DNA of 64,000 nucleotides from Octopus sinensis (lineage: Eukaryota): positions 51,708,001-51,772,000 of the forward strand of contig NC_043001.1 of the NCBI RefSeq assembly GCF_006345805.1, in the 5' to 3' direction. The first letter of the stretch is position 1. Every line of letters starts with the position of its first letter. Shown piece by piece: positions 50,000 to 62,452 of this stretch. Under the pieces are notes generated by a model. It had not been told where the DNA came from. It saw only the letters and a program-made list of their open reading frames with translations, and did no database searches. Both the position numbers and the translations under genes were made by a program.

Positions 50000-52330
50000 A
50001 ACTACATTTTATTTACAAAATTATGATGACCAAGTAATGTTCATTTTGAAGTTAGTAAACCTTTCAAGTACGACTCAGTTACATGCAAAACTAAGAAATA
50101 TAATGAATCTCATTTGGAATAATAGATTTCATATTACTATAAAAATATTTAAGAAATGCCTGTCTGCTTAATCTGTAATGAACGTTTTTTTTTTTAACTG
50201 AGACATTCTTCCTATAGCTGTAAGTCTATAGGTTTGCTAACACTTTCGGAATTGTCCAGTACAAGAAAAGATTTTACAGCGTGGCAAAAGTATTAAAAAA
50301 TAAAATTTTTAAAAATCATTTTAATTGAGTAAGTAGGAGGTTAAGGATTTTTGTTTTCTTGTTTTAAATGTAAATTCCAAGTGTTTCAGAAAGTGGAATA
50401 CAAAAAACAAAAACGCTAAAATTAATGAGGAAAAACAAAAGGAATCCAACAAAAGAATCATTATAGTGGTGGTTACTGTTTTCGCAGAAGGGGCAGCCTT
50501 TAAGGTACATGAATTTTTTTTTCTTTCTAAAAGTACATGGATTTAAAGTTTTTTTTTTTTTTGCGCTATAAAAGTCTGGATTACTTGTTTCAGAACAGAG
50601 AACATGAAGTGGGGTGAGGTCGACGTTTTAAAAAATTAGGGATTCAAATTTGTTTTTAAGTGTTCGTCCCTTCACTCACCATTGTTTTGAAGTGTGTGAT
50701 GCAAAGAAATAAAAAAAAACTGAAATCCCGGCGAAAACGGAGAAAACCCAGCTTGTATAGGTGAGCTGTTTTGAAACTCCGCCCATAAAGTAGTTGCAAG
50801 TTTGTAAGTTAAAATATATATATTGTGGCTGAAGTGCCTAATAATGTATTAAATAAATTCATAATTTCTTCTACGGGTGCTAAGACAAATTTAAGTCAGA
50901 TCCCTTCACACATACATACATGCATACAACATAATGTCTGATGATGATCACGGTTGGAACGTCTTAAATCATAGATCTGTGTTAAACAACACAGGTATTA
51001 AGAGACATACAAGGTACTATTTAGGAACAGTGGTCCCGGTGCGCGCACTCACGTACTCCCGCATCTGCGCTAGTTAGTCGTGACTAGTCGATCCTAAAGC
51101 GACTACCTAGCAAAGTAAATAAAACACAAATCATTTTTTACACAAAGTAAATAAAACACAAAAACACAAAGTAAATAATTTTGTTAAAACAAAGTAAATA
51201 AAACAAAAACACAAAGTAATGATCGACTTGTCACGACTAGCTAGCGCGGATGCGCGCACCGGGACCACCCTTCTTAAATAGTACCGATATACTACATAAA
51301 CAAACGCACATACAACATGTCTGAATTCAGAAAGGATGGGCACAGCTGGAACGTTTGTGATCATAGATCTGCAGAACCAAGCTAAACAACAACAACAGGT
51401 ATTCAGAGATATACTACACAAACAAACACGCGCACACATTTTTTCTATGAATTAGTTTACGAAAACTTAAAAGGATAAACTTGAAAAAGGTGAACAGAGA
51501 TAAAGTCACTGAAAGTGTAGCTATGAAAATAGCAGCAGGAAAATACTGTCACATTTTATTTAACTACTATGAATAATAGTTGGAGTAATTAAACATGAAA
51601 TATTTACGTCGCTTGTTAACTGACTACAAAATGTCAACGTAACTTATCCAGAGGCATTAAAAACAATGTGGAAAAAACGTTTATTTAATACATTAAATAA
51701 ATCAATAAATTATAAATTACTAATCACTCATTTCCTGAAATTTTTCAGGGACTGTTTTTTTTTACCATAATTCATTTAACAGAAGGAATATTTCAGCAAA
51801 ACTTACCCTAGACAAGTTACAGCGAAGAGAAATGAAATCACAGCGACGAAGCATGCAGAAACGATCAGAATATTTAACGTAGTTCTAGGTCAGGTGTTCT
51901 CAAATAAGTCACTAAGTGTATATATAATACATACTGCTTAAAAGGAGGACAAACTATATAGATTTCCTGTTTTGAAAATGCAAATACCTGTTTAAAAAGT
52001 CAAGTGGCATATTTCAAACGAATCCCAAGCAGCCAGTATCATGCACACCTGTGAATGATGATGGAAACCCATTGTGGTTTGAATGAGTATACTTAAGATG
52101 TCAGCTTGAATACTTCAGCATACATAATATACTATTTAGGTAATTAGACTAATATTTTTGGAATTTATCTTCTTTGTATAAAAGTTTTCTTTTGATACAT
52201 AAACACAACAACAACAACAATAATAAATAACACGATATTTTAGAAAATAAGATTTTAAAACAAGTTTTTTGCGCTCGATCCTTCGAACTGTGTACATAAA
52301 ATATTGTGGAAAAAAATGAAACACGGTTCC
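50000..52330 (-). promoter_or_regulatory. Candidate promoter / 5' end of a minus-strand gene
   Basis: SINE-free and CpG-retaining. Minus-strand donor AGG|GTAAGT at 51807/51806, TTCAG acceptor (or TCAGTT initiator) at 50724-50719, CAAAACAATG|GTGAGT at 50689-50674, GGGCGG box near 50778-50783. Confidence 0.5.
50680..50719 (-). other. Candidate 40-nt exon ending in the start codon (ATG|GT)
   Basis: Good invertebrate Kozak context AAAACAATG directly followed by consensus donor GTGAGT, upstream TTTTCTCCGTTTTCG..TTCAG. Product unknown. Confidence 0.45.
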
Positions 52331-53530
52331 TGTTTATGGTTGCCAGACATCCTTTATATACAGGACATGTTCCATATTTGATAATTTTGTCCCCTGTGCC
52401 GTTTTGATCTTTCAGGGACACTCCAAATATCCCATATTTAGTTAATTTTCAAACCTATTTTTTACTACCTTCTGATGGTTCTTAGTTGTAACTTTATAAG
52501 TAATTATGCTTTCTTTTTTCATATTCTCTTGATGAAAATAACCTAAATGTAACTAGTGTTTCTAAAAGTTTACACAAAACTGATGTGTTTGCAACTTGAT
52601 ACTGTCATCAAAGCGTGTTGTTACTACTTGCTACGGTCCATTTTTTTTTCTAACTTAAAACTAATCCATCCATTCCAAGATGCCAAAACGCAAATGTAAA
52701 TTTCGTGATGAATATTCCAGCGAATGAACATTTATCAAACAAGGCAGAAGCTGTTTTGAAGCAAACTGTGGTGTATGCAATTGCACTTTCAGTATTGAAC
52801 ATAGCGAGAAGTCTGATATCACGTAACACATAGAAACAGCAAAGCACAAAAGTAGTATTACTTCTACTTCAAAAGAAGCTGGTAAAATAAACTTCTTGAT
52901 CAAGAAAAACACAGATGAAGAAAGTAAAATAATAGCCGCAGAAGTTGCAATGGCATTTCATATTGTCCGTCATCATCAGCCTTCAGTTCAAATGACTGTA
53001 CGAGCGTACTATTACCAACAGTATTTTCTGATTCAAAAATTGCATGCAAACTTTCAAGTGCAAGGACTAGATGTGCTGCAGTAATAAAAAATGTTGTAGC
53101 TCCATACACCATTGCGGAGATTGTTAAAGATATAAATAACTCTTTTTGTGGTATATCTACAGATGCAAATAATCACAATGTTGAGAAAATTTCCCCGTTG
53201 ATTGTAAAATGTTTTTCACGTGAAAAGGGTTTGCTGATAAAGTTATTGCGAGTAAGATCCCTCCCAAATGAAACCTCAGAAACAATAGTAAGTTTCTGCA
53301 GAGAAAGCCTCGTCGACTTAGGACTGGACGTGAAGAAATGTATAACTTTTGGTGGAGATAACATAAATACTAATTCTGGTGGACGTTTGCGCATAAGCAC
53401 AAATAACATTTATTCGAAATTCCAGGAAAGCATGAATGAATCGATGGAAGGTGTTGGATGTCCAGCCCATATTCTGCACAATGCTGCTCATACCACGGTC
53501 AATATTCTTTCTGTTGCTGTTGAAGTAATT

Positions 53531-53826
53531 ACATTATTTACATTCGACGGATATTTGTCCTCATCTTGTTTGTTGTTAACACAACGTTTCGGCTGATATA
53601 CCCTCCAGCCTTCATTAGTGTCTTGGTGAAATTTTGAACCTGGGTTCTCATTCCTAAGGTATTTTTCGATGTTATTGTTATTCTTCAGGTCACTGCCTGG
53701 AATCGAACTCGGAATCTTGGGGTTAGTAGCCCGCGCTCTTAACCATTACACCATATGCCCACGGGCATATGGCGCAAGGGTTAAATGTAAATAATGTACA
53801 TAATTCTTCATCTCTTAAATATAGAA
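53531..53826 (-). mobile_element. tRNA-headed, hammerhead-bearing SINE-like insertion with 14-bp TSD and inverted terminal segment
   Basis: TSD CTGTTGAAGTAATT at 53517-53530 and 53827-53840. tRNA-like head 53760-53688 (A box TGGTGTAATGG, B box GAGTTCGATTCC), hammerhead-like motif 53622-53578. Confidence 0.88.
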
Positions 53827-54807
53827 CTGTTGAAGTAATTGTTAAATTGTTTTCATACTTTAGTATTTATACTGTTCAATCTGGGAAGTTGAAAGATTTC
53901 TGCGAGTTTGTTGGTGTGCAGTATGCCTCAATTCTCTTACATTCTAAAACTCGTTGGCTTTTTTTGATGAGAAGAGTTAAAAGAATCCTAAGGTTATTTA
54001 AAGCACTGAAATCTCTTTTTGATTCTGAAGAAAAGGTCCCCCAAATTCTTGTAGAATTCTTCTATAATCTGCTGAGTGAAGTCTTCTTGTATCTTGTTCA
54101 CAGTTTTGAATATGTTTTAGCAACAGGATTATGAAGATCAAAAAGAAAGAAAACAGCATTATTGAAGTACTTGGCTGTTTAAAAGAACTCGTTGCAGTTA
54201 TGAAGGAAAGAATCAAAGAAGAGTTTATTCCTCTTAGAGTGAACGATTGCCTTAATAATGACTACGTCAAATCTGAAGAGAAAAGAAATTTCTACTTGAA
54301 TTGGAGAATTACTTGTAGCACTTGACATGACTATCTTGAGAAATGGATTTCGTCTTTTGAAAATTTTGATAACTTTACACGGATGTCATTAGATACAGTT
54401 CAAGTATGAGAACATACAGAATTGTCTTGTCTAGTGTTAAAAAACAACAGTATAAAAATTGACGATAACATTCTTTTCTGTCAGTAGTCAACATTTAAAA
54501 CACTCTTTGCTAGAGAGATGCAGATCAAACGTGAAGAATGGAAGACCAAGCCGTGCTATGAAATATGCTTTTCTATCCTTCAGCAGATTGAATTTCAAGA
54601 ATACTCCGAGTTAATTTTGTGCCATTTCTTGTTTAGCATACCAGTGCATAATGCTAATGTTGAGCGTGGTCTTCTCAATGATGAACGTTCGGTGTACTGA
54701 AGAACGAAGTAAGTTGGACGTGGCTACTGTTGAAGCTATCTTACAATGTACATTGAACCTTAACTATCAATGTAAAGAATTTTATAGGCATGCGTTAGAA
54801 AACAAGG

Positions 54808-56172
54808 TAATTTTTAATCACCCACAAGGGGACGACATAGAGAGGACAATACAAAAACACGTGGGGACATATAACACGAAAAGATAAAGTTAGAAATAAA
54901 ATTTAAAATATGGTAACCTGAATAATACATGAAAATGAGCTGCTTTCCCCACCTCAAACAGCAACACTTCCTTCTGAATCCCGAGTCCTTCAAAACGTCC
55001 AATCCGAATTTTTCTCTCAGTTCCTCATATCTTACTTTTACCGGTATCCTTTTCCGGTTTGCATCAGTCTTCCAATACTTATAACCTTTTTTATATTTTG
55101 CAATCCCTTCCTTCTGGCTCCGAGACACCAGCACATGTGCCAACCTACAACATTAGTATATCCCTCCACATCCACAAATTTTGCTTGTTACCTTATTTAT
55201 TAGTTCCTCGTCTACATCCTCTGTTAACACACATACATAGCTATTTTCACGGTGGGGGAGATTTTGTGTATCTTGTGATGTCTGTTTCTCTTTTTTATTT
55301 TTTACATTGTGAAGGAAGGGAATGAGTGGGTTTTGGTGTCTGTGGGGAGAGGGTAGGTCTGAGAGGTTATGTCCGTTCTTCCTCTTATTCCTTCTTCCCT
55401 CTGCCACTTTTTCCTTTCCACATCACCTCCTCCGTTTCTGTGGCTTGGAGGACGGCCACTTCCTCCTCACTTCCAAGGAGGACAGCCGCCGTAACCCAAG
55501 CCACATCTATGTCTGGCGGGATTCCCTCTACCCTGATCTTGGATGTCCTCCTTCCAAGATACACGGGTAGAAGGACCACTTTATTCGACTTCACCGTGTT
55601 TACAGCCAGCCTCTTTGCTACTTCCTCCGTCTTGAACTGGACCACCACAGTTCCATATTTATTTCCTCTTGCCAAAAACACCATATCCTTAGATACCGCG
55701 CTCAACGCATTCTCAATTGTTTCGGCTTCTACTTTGTCTACCTTTTTTCTGTTCCACTGAATAAACTTTATACACAATGGTTCTCTTCATCATTTCCTCC
55801 ATAACTTTCTCTGGAGGCGACAACTTGACGTCACCACCTACTTTATGTGCCATTTTTTGGTGTTCTTCCATTTTAGACAAGTCTATTTCATTTCTTTTTA
55901 ACTCCGTTATCTCAGCGAAGCTCTTTTTTTTTTTCCAAGACATCTGTCCATTCTGTTTACTGCCTTTACTAATTACTGCTCTGAAGTGGACAATTCCGAC
56001 ACACTGAAGTCCGAACAGAACATTTTTTCATTAACCATCGCTCTCTCTTGAAACAGAGAGAGAGCACAACCTGTAAACCGCTACAAAGAAGCACAAAAAT
56101 CAACACTTCAATAAAACTTAATAGACGTTAAAAAAATACGACTTGCAGTAAGAATAACTTGTGCTAAGAATA
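54808..56172 (-). mobile_element. 1.37-kb non-LTR retrotransposon-like insertion with 22-bp TSD (ORF1-like relic)
   Basis: TSD AGGCATG[C/G]GTTAGAAAACAAGG at 54786-54807 and 56173-56194. Frameshifted minus-strand ORFs 55943-55385 (KKSFAEIT..GTVVVQF..SKIRVEGIPPDID), no RT domain. Confidence 0.75.
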
Positions 56173-56724
56173 AGGCATGGGTTAGAAAACAAGGACTTGT
56201 TAACAAAAGCCAAATAACCAATGAAATATAACAAAAGGTAATGGTTCAAGTTTAATTCCCGTGCGGTCTGTTAAAATTTTGCATATAAGTTTATCAGTTT
56301 TGTTTCTTTTCATGTTCTCTATATGAAACAACTTTTTTGATTATTTCCTATATTGTTTGCATTAAATAATAATTTTATAAATTATTTCTTTTGCTTTTTC
56401 TATTGTCTCTACTGAATAAAAATTTTACAATGCTTTTATTTTCTCAATATTTCTTTTAGTTATCTATTTTGCCAGTATTAAATAATAATATTCAAATGTT
56501 TTCACACTAAAATATTTTTTTCTATATTGTCATGAAATAAAAAAAATTTACAATGATTTCGATTTAAGACTTTTTTGCTTATTTCTCTTGTCTGTATTAA
56601 AGAAATATCTTCAAATTATTTCACTTTAACAGAATTTATTTTTTTTAGCTTGTATTAAATATATTTGAAATGAGTTTACTTTTGCTTTCTCATAACCCAT
56701 TAAAATAATTGCTTTTATATAATA

Positions 56725-57222
<498 letters not shown>

Positions 57223-58012
57223 ATTTTAAGAGAATTTTCTAATCTGGCAACCTTATTCCTGTTAAAAGTGAAAGATAAAGAAATAACTGCTAATAATCAG
57301 TAAAAAAAATCGTCAATAACCAATAAGAGTAATAAATCGAAAACACTGGTGATTTACTTCATTTTAATGAATCTTTTTAATTAATAAACTGAACATTTTT
57401 GCAGTAGAAGATAGTGGGGGGGGGGAACCTTACAAAACTATAACTCTCTCACACAAACACACAGTTAAACAAACTGGGTATAAGTACACATTATACATGC
57501 GATGATAGTCGGTGCCGTCTGTTTCACTTTACCCGCAATATTATACGTATAAATTTCAAAAGATTGCCATCCCCCATGCAAACGACGGACAAATTTAAAC
57601 AAATCTCACTGAATTAAAAAGAAAAAGTAAACAAATGATCACCAACGACACCAATAGAATTTTATGTAAAATACGTTTGATTTAACCTTTTTATCAATTC
57701 GTAAACTGATTTACAATAATTAAACAAGATAATGTCTAATGCATTTAATGAATGCTAAGAAAATGTTCAGTTTCTGTGATTAACGGCAGTTAATTTAAGC
57801 ATCGCCTATTCTTGCCGATTATTTGTTTAATTTTCACCTTGATTTAGATAAGTTTGTTTCATTTATTTTTGTCTGCTGTTTCATGTATAGAAAAATTCGA
57901 AAGATCTTCAGAATTTTTTAATCTTTCAGAAAATATGTGTATATATTGAACATTTGGCAATCAAACAGACGCGAAGGGTCTAGAAAAAAATTGATGAAAG
58001 CTCAGGCAGATG

Positions 58013-58079
<67 letters not shown>

Positions 58080-58199
58080 ATATATAGATGAGTGTGTGTA
58101 TGTAGGCAGATAGATGCAGAGCATCAATAAACTGGAATGGTCCATCAAAACAACTCCTTTATTTTTTTTTCTGTAGATCAACTGTGCAGGAAAAATGCC

Positions 58200-58600
58200 T
58201 AGCAGTATTTCTTCTGACTTTACAAACATTTAAAATACTGTATGGATCAACTTTGCCTTTCAGCCGTTTGAGATCGATAAAATAAGTACTAGTTGAGTAC
58301 TGGGATTGGTGTAATTGATTTACACCCTCCCCCGAAACTGCTGGCTTTGTACCAAAATTTGAAACCAATATTTAAATATATATGAAAGCAGTCAGGTAGC
58401 AGAATCGTTAAGCATGCCAGCAAAATGTTTTGTGGCATTTTGTCCATCTTTATGTTCTCAGTTCTAATTCTGTTGACATCAAATTTGCCTCTTATCCTTT
58501 CAGGGTTGATAAAATAAGTACCCGTTGAGCACTGAGGTTGATAAAAATTCATTTACACCTTCCCTGAAATTGTAGATTTTGTGCCAAAATTTGAAACCAA
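58200..58600 (+). mobile_element. Two adjacent SINE family C copies (first is 5'-truncated)
   Basis: AAATAAGTAC..GATTTACACC..CCAAAATTTGAAACCAA tails. Confidence 0.7.
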
Positions 58601-59599
58601 CATAAACATAATTCACACACACACACACACATACATTACAAGCACACATGTTCCCAGATTTCTTACATTTGATTTAATAACCCGGTACTTTTAGATTATC
58701 TAAAATGAAAAGTAAAATTTGTTTTGGTTTTTTTTTTTTTTTAATCGGAGACTCAGATCGTATTTACAGTACAAACTCCAGCAAAAGCAAATGGTAGAAA
58801 AATGCTAAGTAGAACACTTTAATATAATTGGGTTACTGATGATAATTAAAATTAGACTTTATGTAAAACTGTACACTCGTCGAGAGAGAGAAATCCTCTA
58901 AGCAGTCGCTCAACCTGCAAGAAACAACAGCTAAACCTCCCTCAAATGACTGCTGTTGTTTACATTACTGTGAAATTGCCAAACAAATTCCCTATGCTTA
59001 AGTTGAAGCAACACCTTTCAGAAAATATATAAGATCCAGAACTATTGTTTTTGACATCATGTAAGGTTTTGTGGCACGTCAATAAAAAAGCGCTTCATTA
59101 CAACTTAGCAACTAAGGTTCATTTAACCCATGGGGGCCGATATAAGATTTTGCTGTCACATATCTTTCTTGTTTCAGTTATTAGACTGCAGCACAATCTT
59201 GAAAAGTTTAATCGAATGAATCGACTCCAGTACTTATTTTTTTAAAGCTTAGTACTTATTCTATCGGTCAAACACTATAGTAGAAGACACTTGTCCAAGT
59301 TTTCAAGGAGTGAAACTGAACCTGGAACTATGTGCAATAAATTGGTTATAATTCTGCAATACAGAAAATATCAACATTTTTAATACAATTCCTAATAATA
59401 TCTAATTATAAAAATACGATAAGATTTTTAAACATCAAATAGCTACGAAGCTACGAATTTTTGTAAAGCTGACTTGGCTATCACAAATTAAAACACGAAT
59501 GTACATTATTTACATTATGGAGTGAATTTTAGGGCTTATAAATCTATTTTTCTGTCCTTCTTTAATACCGGTTCCCATATGCACTCGGTCTGCTTAGGA

Positions 59600-60110
59600 G
59601 GTTGTTGAGTATCCTTGATCAATTCTGTGAAGTGGTGGAATTCTTCACGTACGATGTTGATCAAGGGTACCCCCATTGAATCCAACCAGATGGTGAGTCT
59701 AGATGTGATAAGCCTGTTCACCAAAGTCCCAACTGGTGAAACACTATCGGTGATACAAGAAAAACTAGTGACAGACACCCATCTAAAAGAATGCACTAGT
59801 ATACCAATAAGAAACTTGATGGAAATGTTGACCTTCTGTGTAGAAACTACCTACTTCAGTATGGACACTGATATATATCGACAAGAAGAGGGTTTAGCTA
59901 TGGTAATAGCCAATATATACATGGACTACTTTGAAAATTTGGCTTTAGGATCAACACCACAAAAACCAACACTATGGCTACAATATGTTGATGACACCTT
60001 TATACTGTGGCCCCACCAGGAAGATGTCCAAGTGCTGTTAGATCATGTGAACTCAATAAAGCCATCCATACAGTTCACAATGGAAAATGAAACAGACAAT
60101 CAGCTGGCAT
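59600..60110 (+). mobile_element. Penelope-like element reverse-transcriptase fragment
   Basis: MVSLDVISLFTKVP, YRQEEGLAM, IANIYMDYFE, LWLQYVDDTF, HVNSIKPSIQFTMENE..NQLAF are PLE RT motifs. The GSPLSP segment is deleted and there is no GIY-YIG part. Confidence 0.88.
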
Positions 60111-60625
60111 TTAGCCTGGTTTACCCTTCCTGTCGCTAACCCTTGCCAGTTTTTCAACTAAAGGATCTTTTATTCCCTTTGAGTGCACTCTTCCCTAGGT
60201 ACTGTTGACTCAACAATTAAGAGGGGTTGCGGGGGGGGGTCAAGGAAGGTGGTCAAATTAGATTATGCTACAGAATCCGAGCATTTTTTAATTCTCATAA
60301 TATGGCTTATAACATAAGCACTCCACATCCACATGTACCTTCCAATCACAAGTACCATGTCAGAAGTCTGGATATCAGGTCTCTTTTGTTTACAGTCCTG
60401 CATTACCCTTTGTTTTTCTTGCGGAAAGCAACAGGGTGCAATTTTACATTGACTCTCATGCACTGTCACTCCTAGATTATTGTTTTAGTGCATCACACAG
60501 AATTTTGCTATGTCACCAGGTATGTTATGCAAGGGATTAACTGCATGCTGCTAGAACATGCATACAATTATTCATAACCCTCAACTACGAATGATAATCA
60601 GCAATATCATTCCAGTCCTAATATT

Positions 60626-60834
60626 GGTTTCAAAATTTGGCACAGGGCCAACAATTTTAAGGGAGGGATAAGTTGGTTACATCAATCCCAATATTCAACA
60701 GATCCTTATTTTATCAACCCCAAATAAAAGGTAAAGTCAACATCAGTGAAATTTGAACTCAAAACATAAAGACAGACAAAATACCACTAAGCATTTTCAC
60801 CTATGTGCTAACGATTCTGCCAGCTTGTCACCTT
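60626..60834 (-). mobile_element. SINE family C with 17-bp TSD (1 mismatch)
   Basis: ATTCCAG[T/C]CCTAATATT at 60609-60625 and 60835-60851. Confidence 0.8.
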
Positions 60835-61065
60835 ATTCCAGCCCTAATATTAATTGGAGATACAACTACTCTATACACTTTAATCTCCTCCACCAGTGAT
60901 GATGAAGGCAGCCAAGTTTCGTAGTAGCAATAAACAGCCCAACCCTTGAAAATCATGTTGAGAGATCAAACTACTCTTCTAGAAACTTACAAGCACACTT
61001 CTCCATTCTCTCCACTATTGTTTATCATATTTCATACACTTTTTATTACTTACCTACCTTTGTAA

Positions 61066-61345
61066 TGGAGGCGCAATGGTCCAGTGGTTAGGGCAGCAGA
61101 CTCACGGTCAGAGGATCGCGGTTTCGTTTCCCAGATTGGGCGTTATGTGTGTTTATTGAACGAAAACACCTAAAAGCTCCACCAGGGGGGGGGGTGACCC
61201 CTGTTGTACTCTTTCACCACGACTTTCTCTCACTCTCTCTTCCTGTTTCCCGAGTAACACTGTGATGGACTGGCGTTCCGTCCAGCTGGGGGGGGGGGAA
61301 CACATACACCACAGAAACCGGGCCCATGAGCCTGGCTAGGCTTGA
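61066..61345 (+). mobile_element. SINE family E (different tail from the 35585 copy)
   Basis: GGAGGCGCAATGGTCCAGTGGTTAGGG head, GGTTTCGTTTCCC B-box-like motif. Confidence 0.75.
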
Positions 61346-62025
61346 GAAGGGCGATGTTTTTTACATTTGTAATAAATATACATTCTCTGTGGATGTAGGT
61401 GTGTTGTATGAGATGTTTATAAAACGCATGCTGACTCAACGAATAGCTGTCACAGAGTGAAAAAGGGAACTTACAAATAACAAGTGTAAATCTCCCTCAA
61501 ATTCCATCCTAGCATCTTACTAAAGGACATTTTGGACAATCCAGTCTTGGATTCACTGCACCAAAGGAGAAATATAGCAGATGTAACTGGAATACATTTG
61601 ATCACAGGTTTTCTTGATTAGAGCTGATTAAGGCTAAAAAAGCAACACCAACAAGTGTCAACTTAGTTGTTACAGTGTGGCTCCAGATCAGCTGATCTTG
61701 CAGTCCTATAGCATGGGACCACAAGATCCTTCTTCCTTCTACTTCTGTACCTCACTAAAAACCATACTTCATACTCTGACATGGAATGATGAATTGTGTT
61801 AGGTGCAGTGACAGTCTAGACATATTGTGCTCTTTTCTTGCTCTTTCGTCTGTTCAGTCTATTTCTGAGTATTTTATTTATAAGCTACATATACTTTCAC
61901 TATTGATTTTTATAGCACTTTATAATAATCAATTAATCCTCTTATTGCCTTATCTAGTCCCTAATTTTTTTCTTTCTGTTGTCATTATTTAACCCTAAGT
62001 TCATAACCTGTGTATGTATGTATTA

Positions 62026-62058
<33 letters not shown>

Positions 62059-62065
62059 CACATAT

Positions 62066-62271
62066 ACTCTTTTACTTGTTTCAGTCATTTGACTGCGGCC
62101 ATGCTGGAGCACCGCCTTTAATCGAGCAACTCGACCCCGGGACTTATTCTTTTGTAAGCCCAGTACTTATTCTATCGGTCTCTTTTGCCGAACCGCTAAG
62201 TAGCGGGGACATAAACACACCAGCATCGGTTGTCAAGCAATGCTAGGGGGACAAACACAGACACACACACA

Positions 62272-62325
<54 letters not shown>

Positions 62326-62452
62326 TACGACGGGCTTCTTTCAGTTTCCGGCCCGAGGCTATAGTAGAAGACACTTGCCCAAGGTGCCACGCAGTGGGGC
62401 TGAACCCAGAACCATGTGATTCGTAAGCAAGCTACATACCACACAGCCACTC
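62066..62452 (-). mobile_element. SINE family A with an internal deletion
   Basis: Near-consensus tail and head, with the GTCTACCAAATCC..TTGGTCG segment missing. Confidence 0.9.

Larger units (their letters stand above)
52680..56230 (+). pseudogene. hAT transposase pseudogene (split by insertions)
   Basis: MPKRKCKF, zinc-finger relic CGVC..HIETAKHK, STDANNH, GDNINTN, GCPAHILHN (CxxH), KTRWL, SIPVHNANVER. C-terminus ENKDLLTKAK resumes at about 56185. Confidence 0.88.

Noticed and set aside
53688-53760. tRNA gene call (also SINE heads at 5470-5543 and 61066-61135)
   Set aside because: Acceptor stems do not pair and each runs into SINE body sequence
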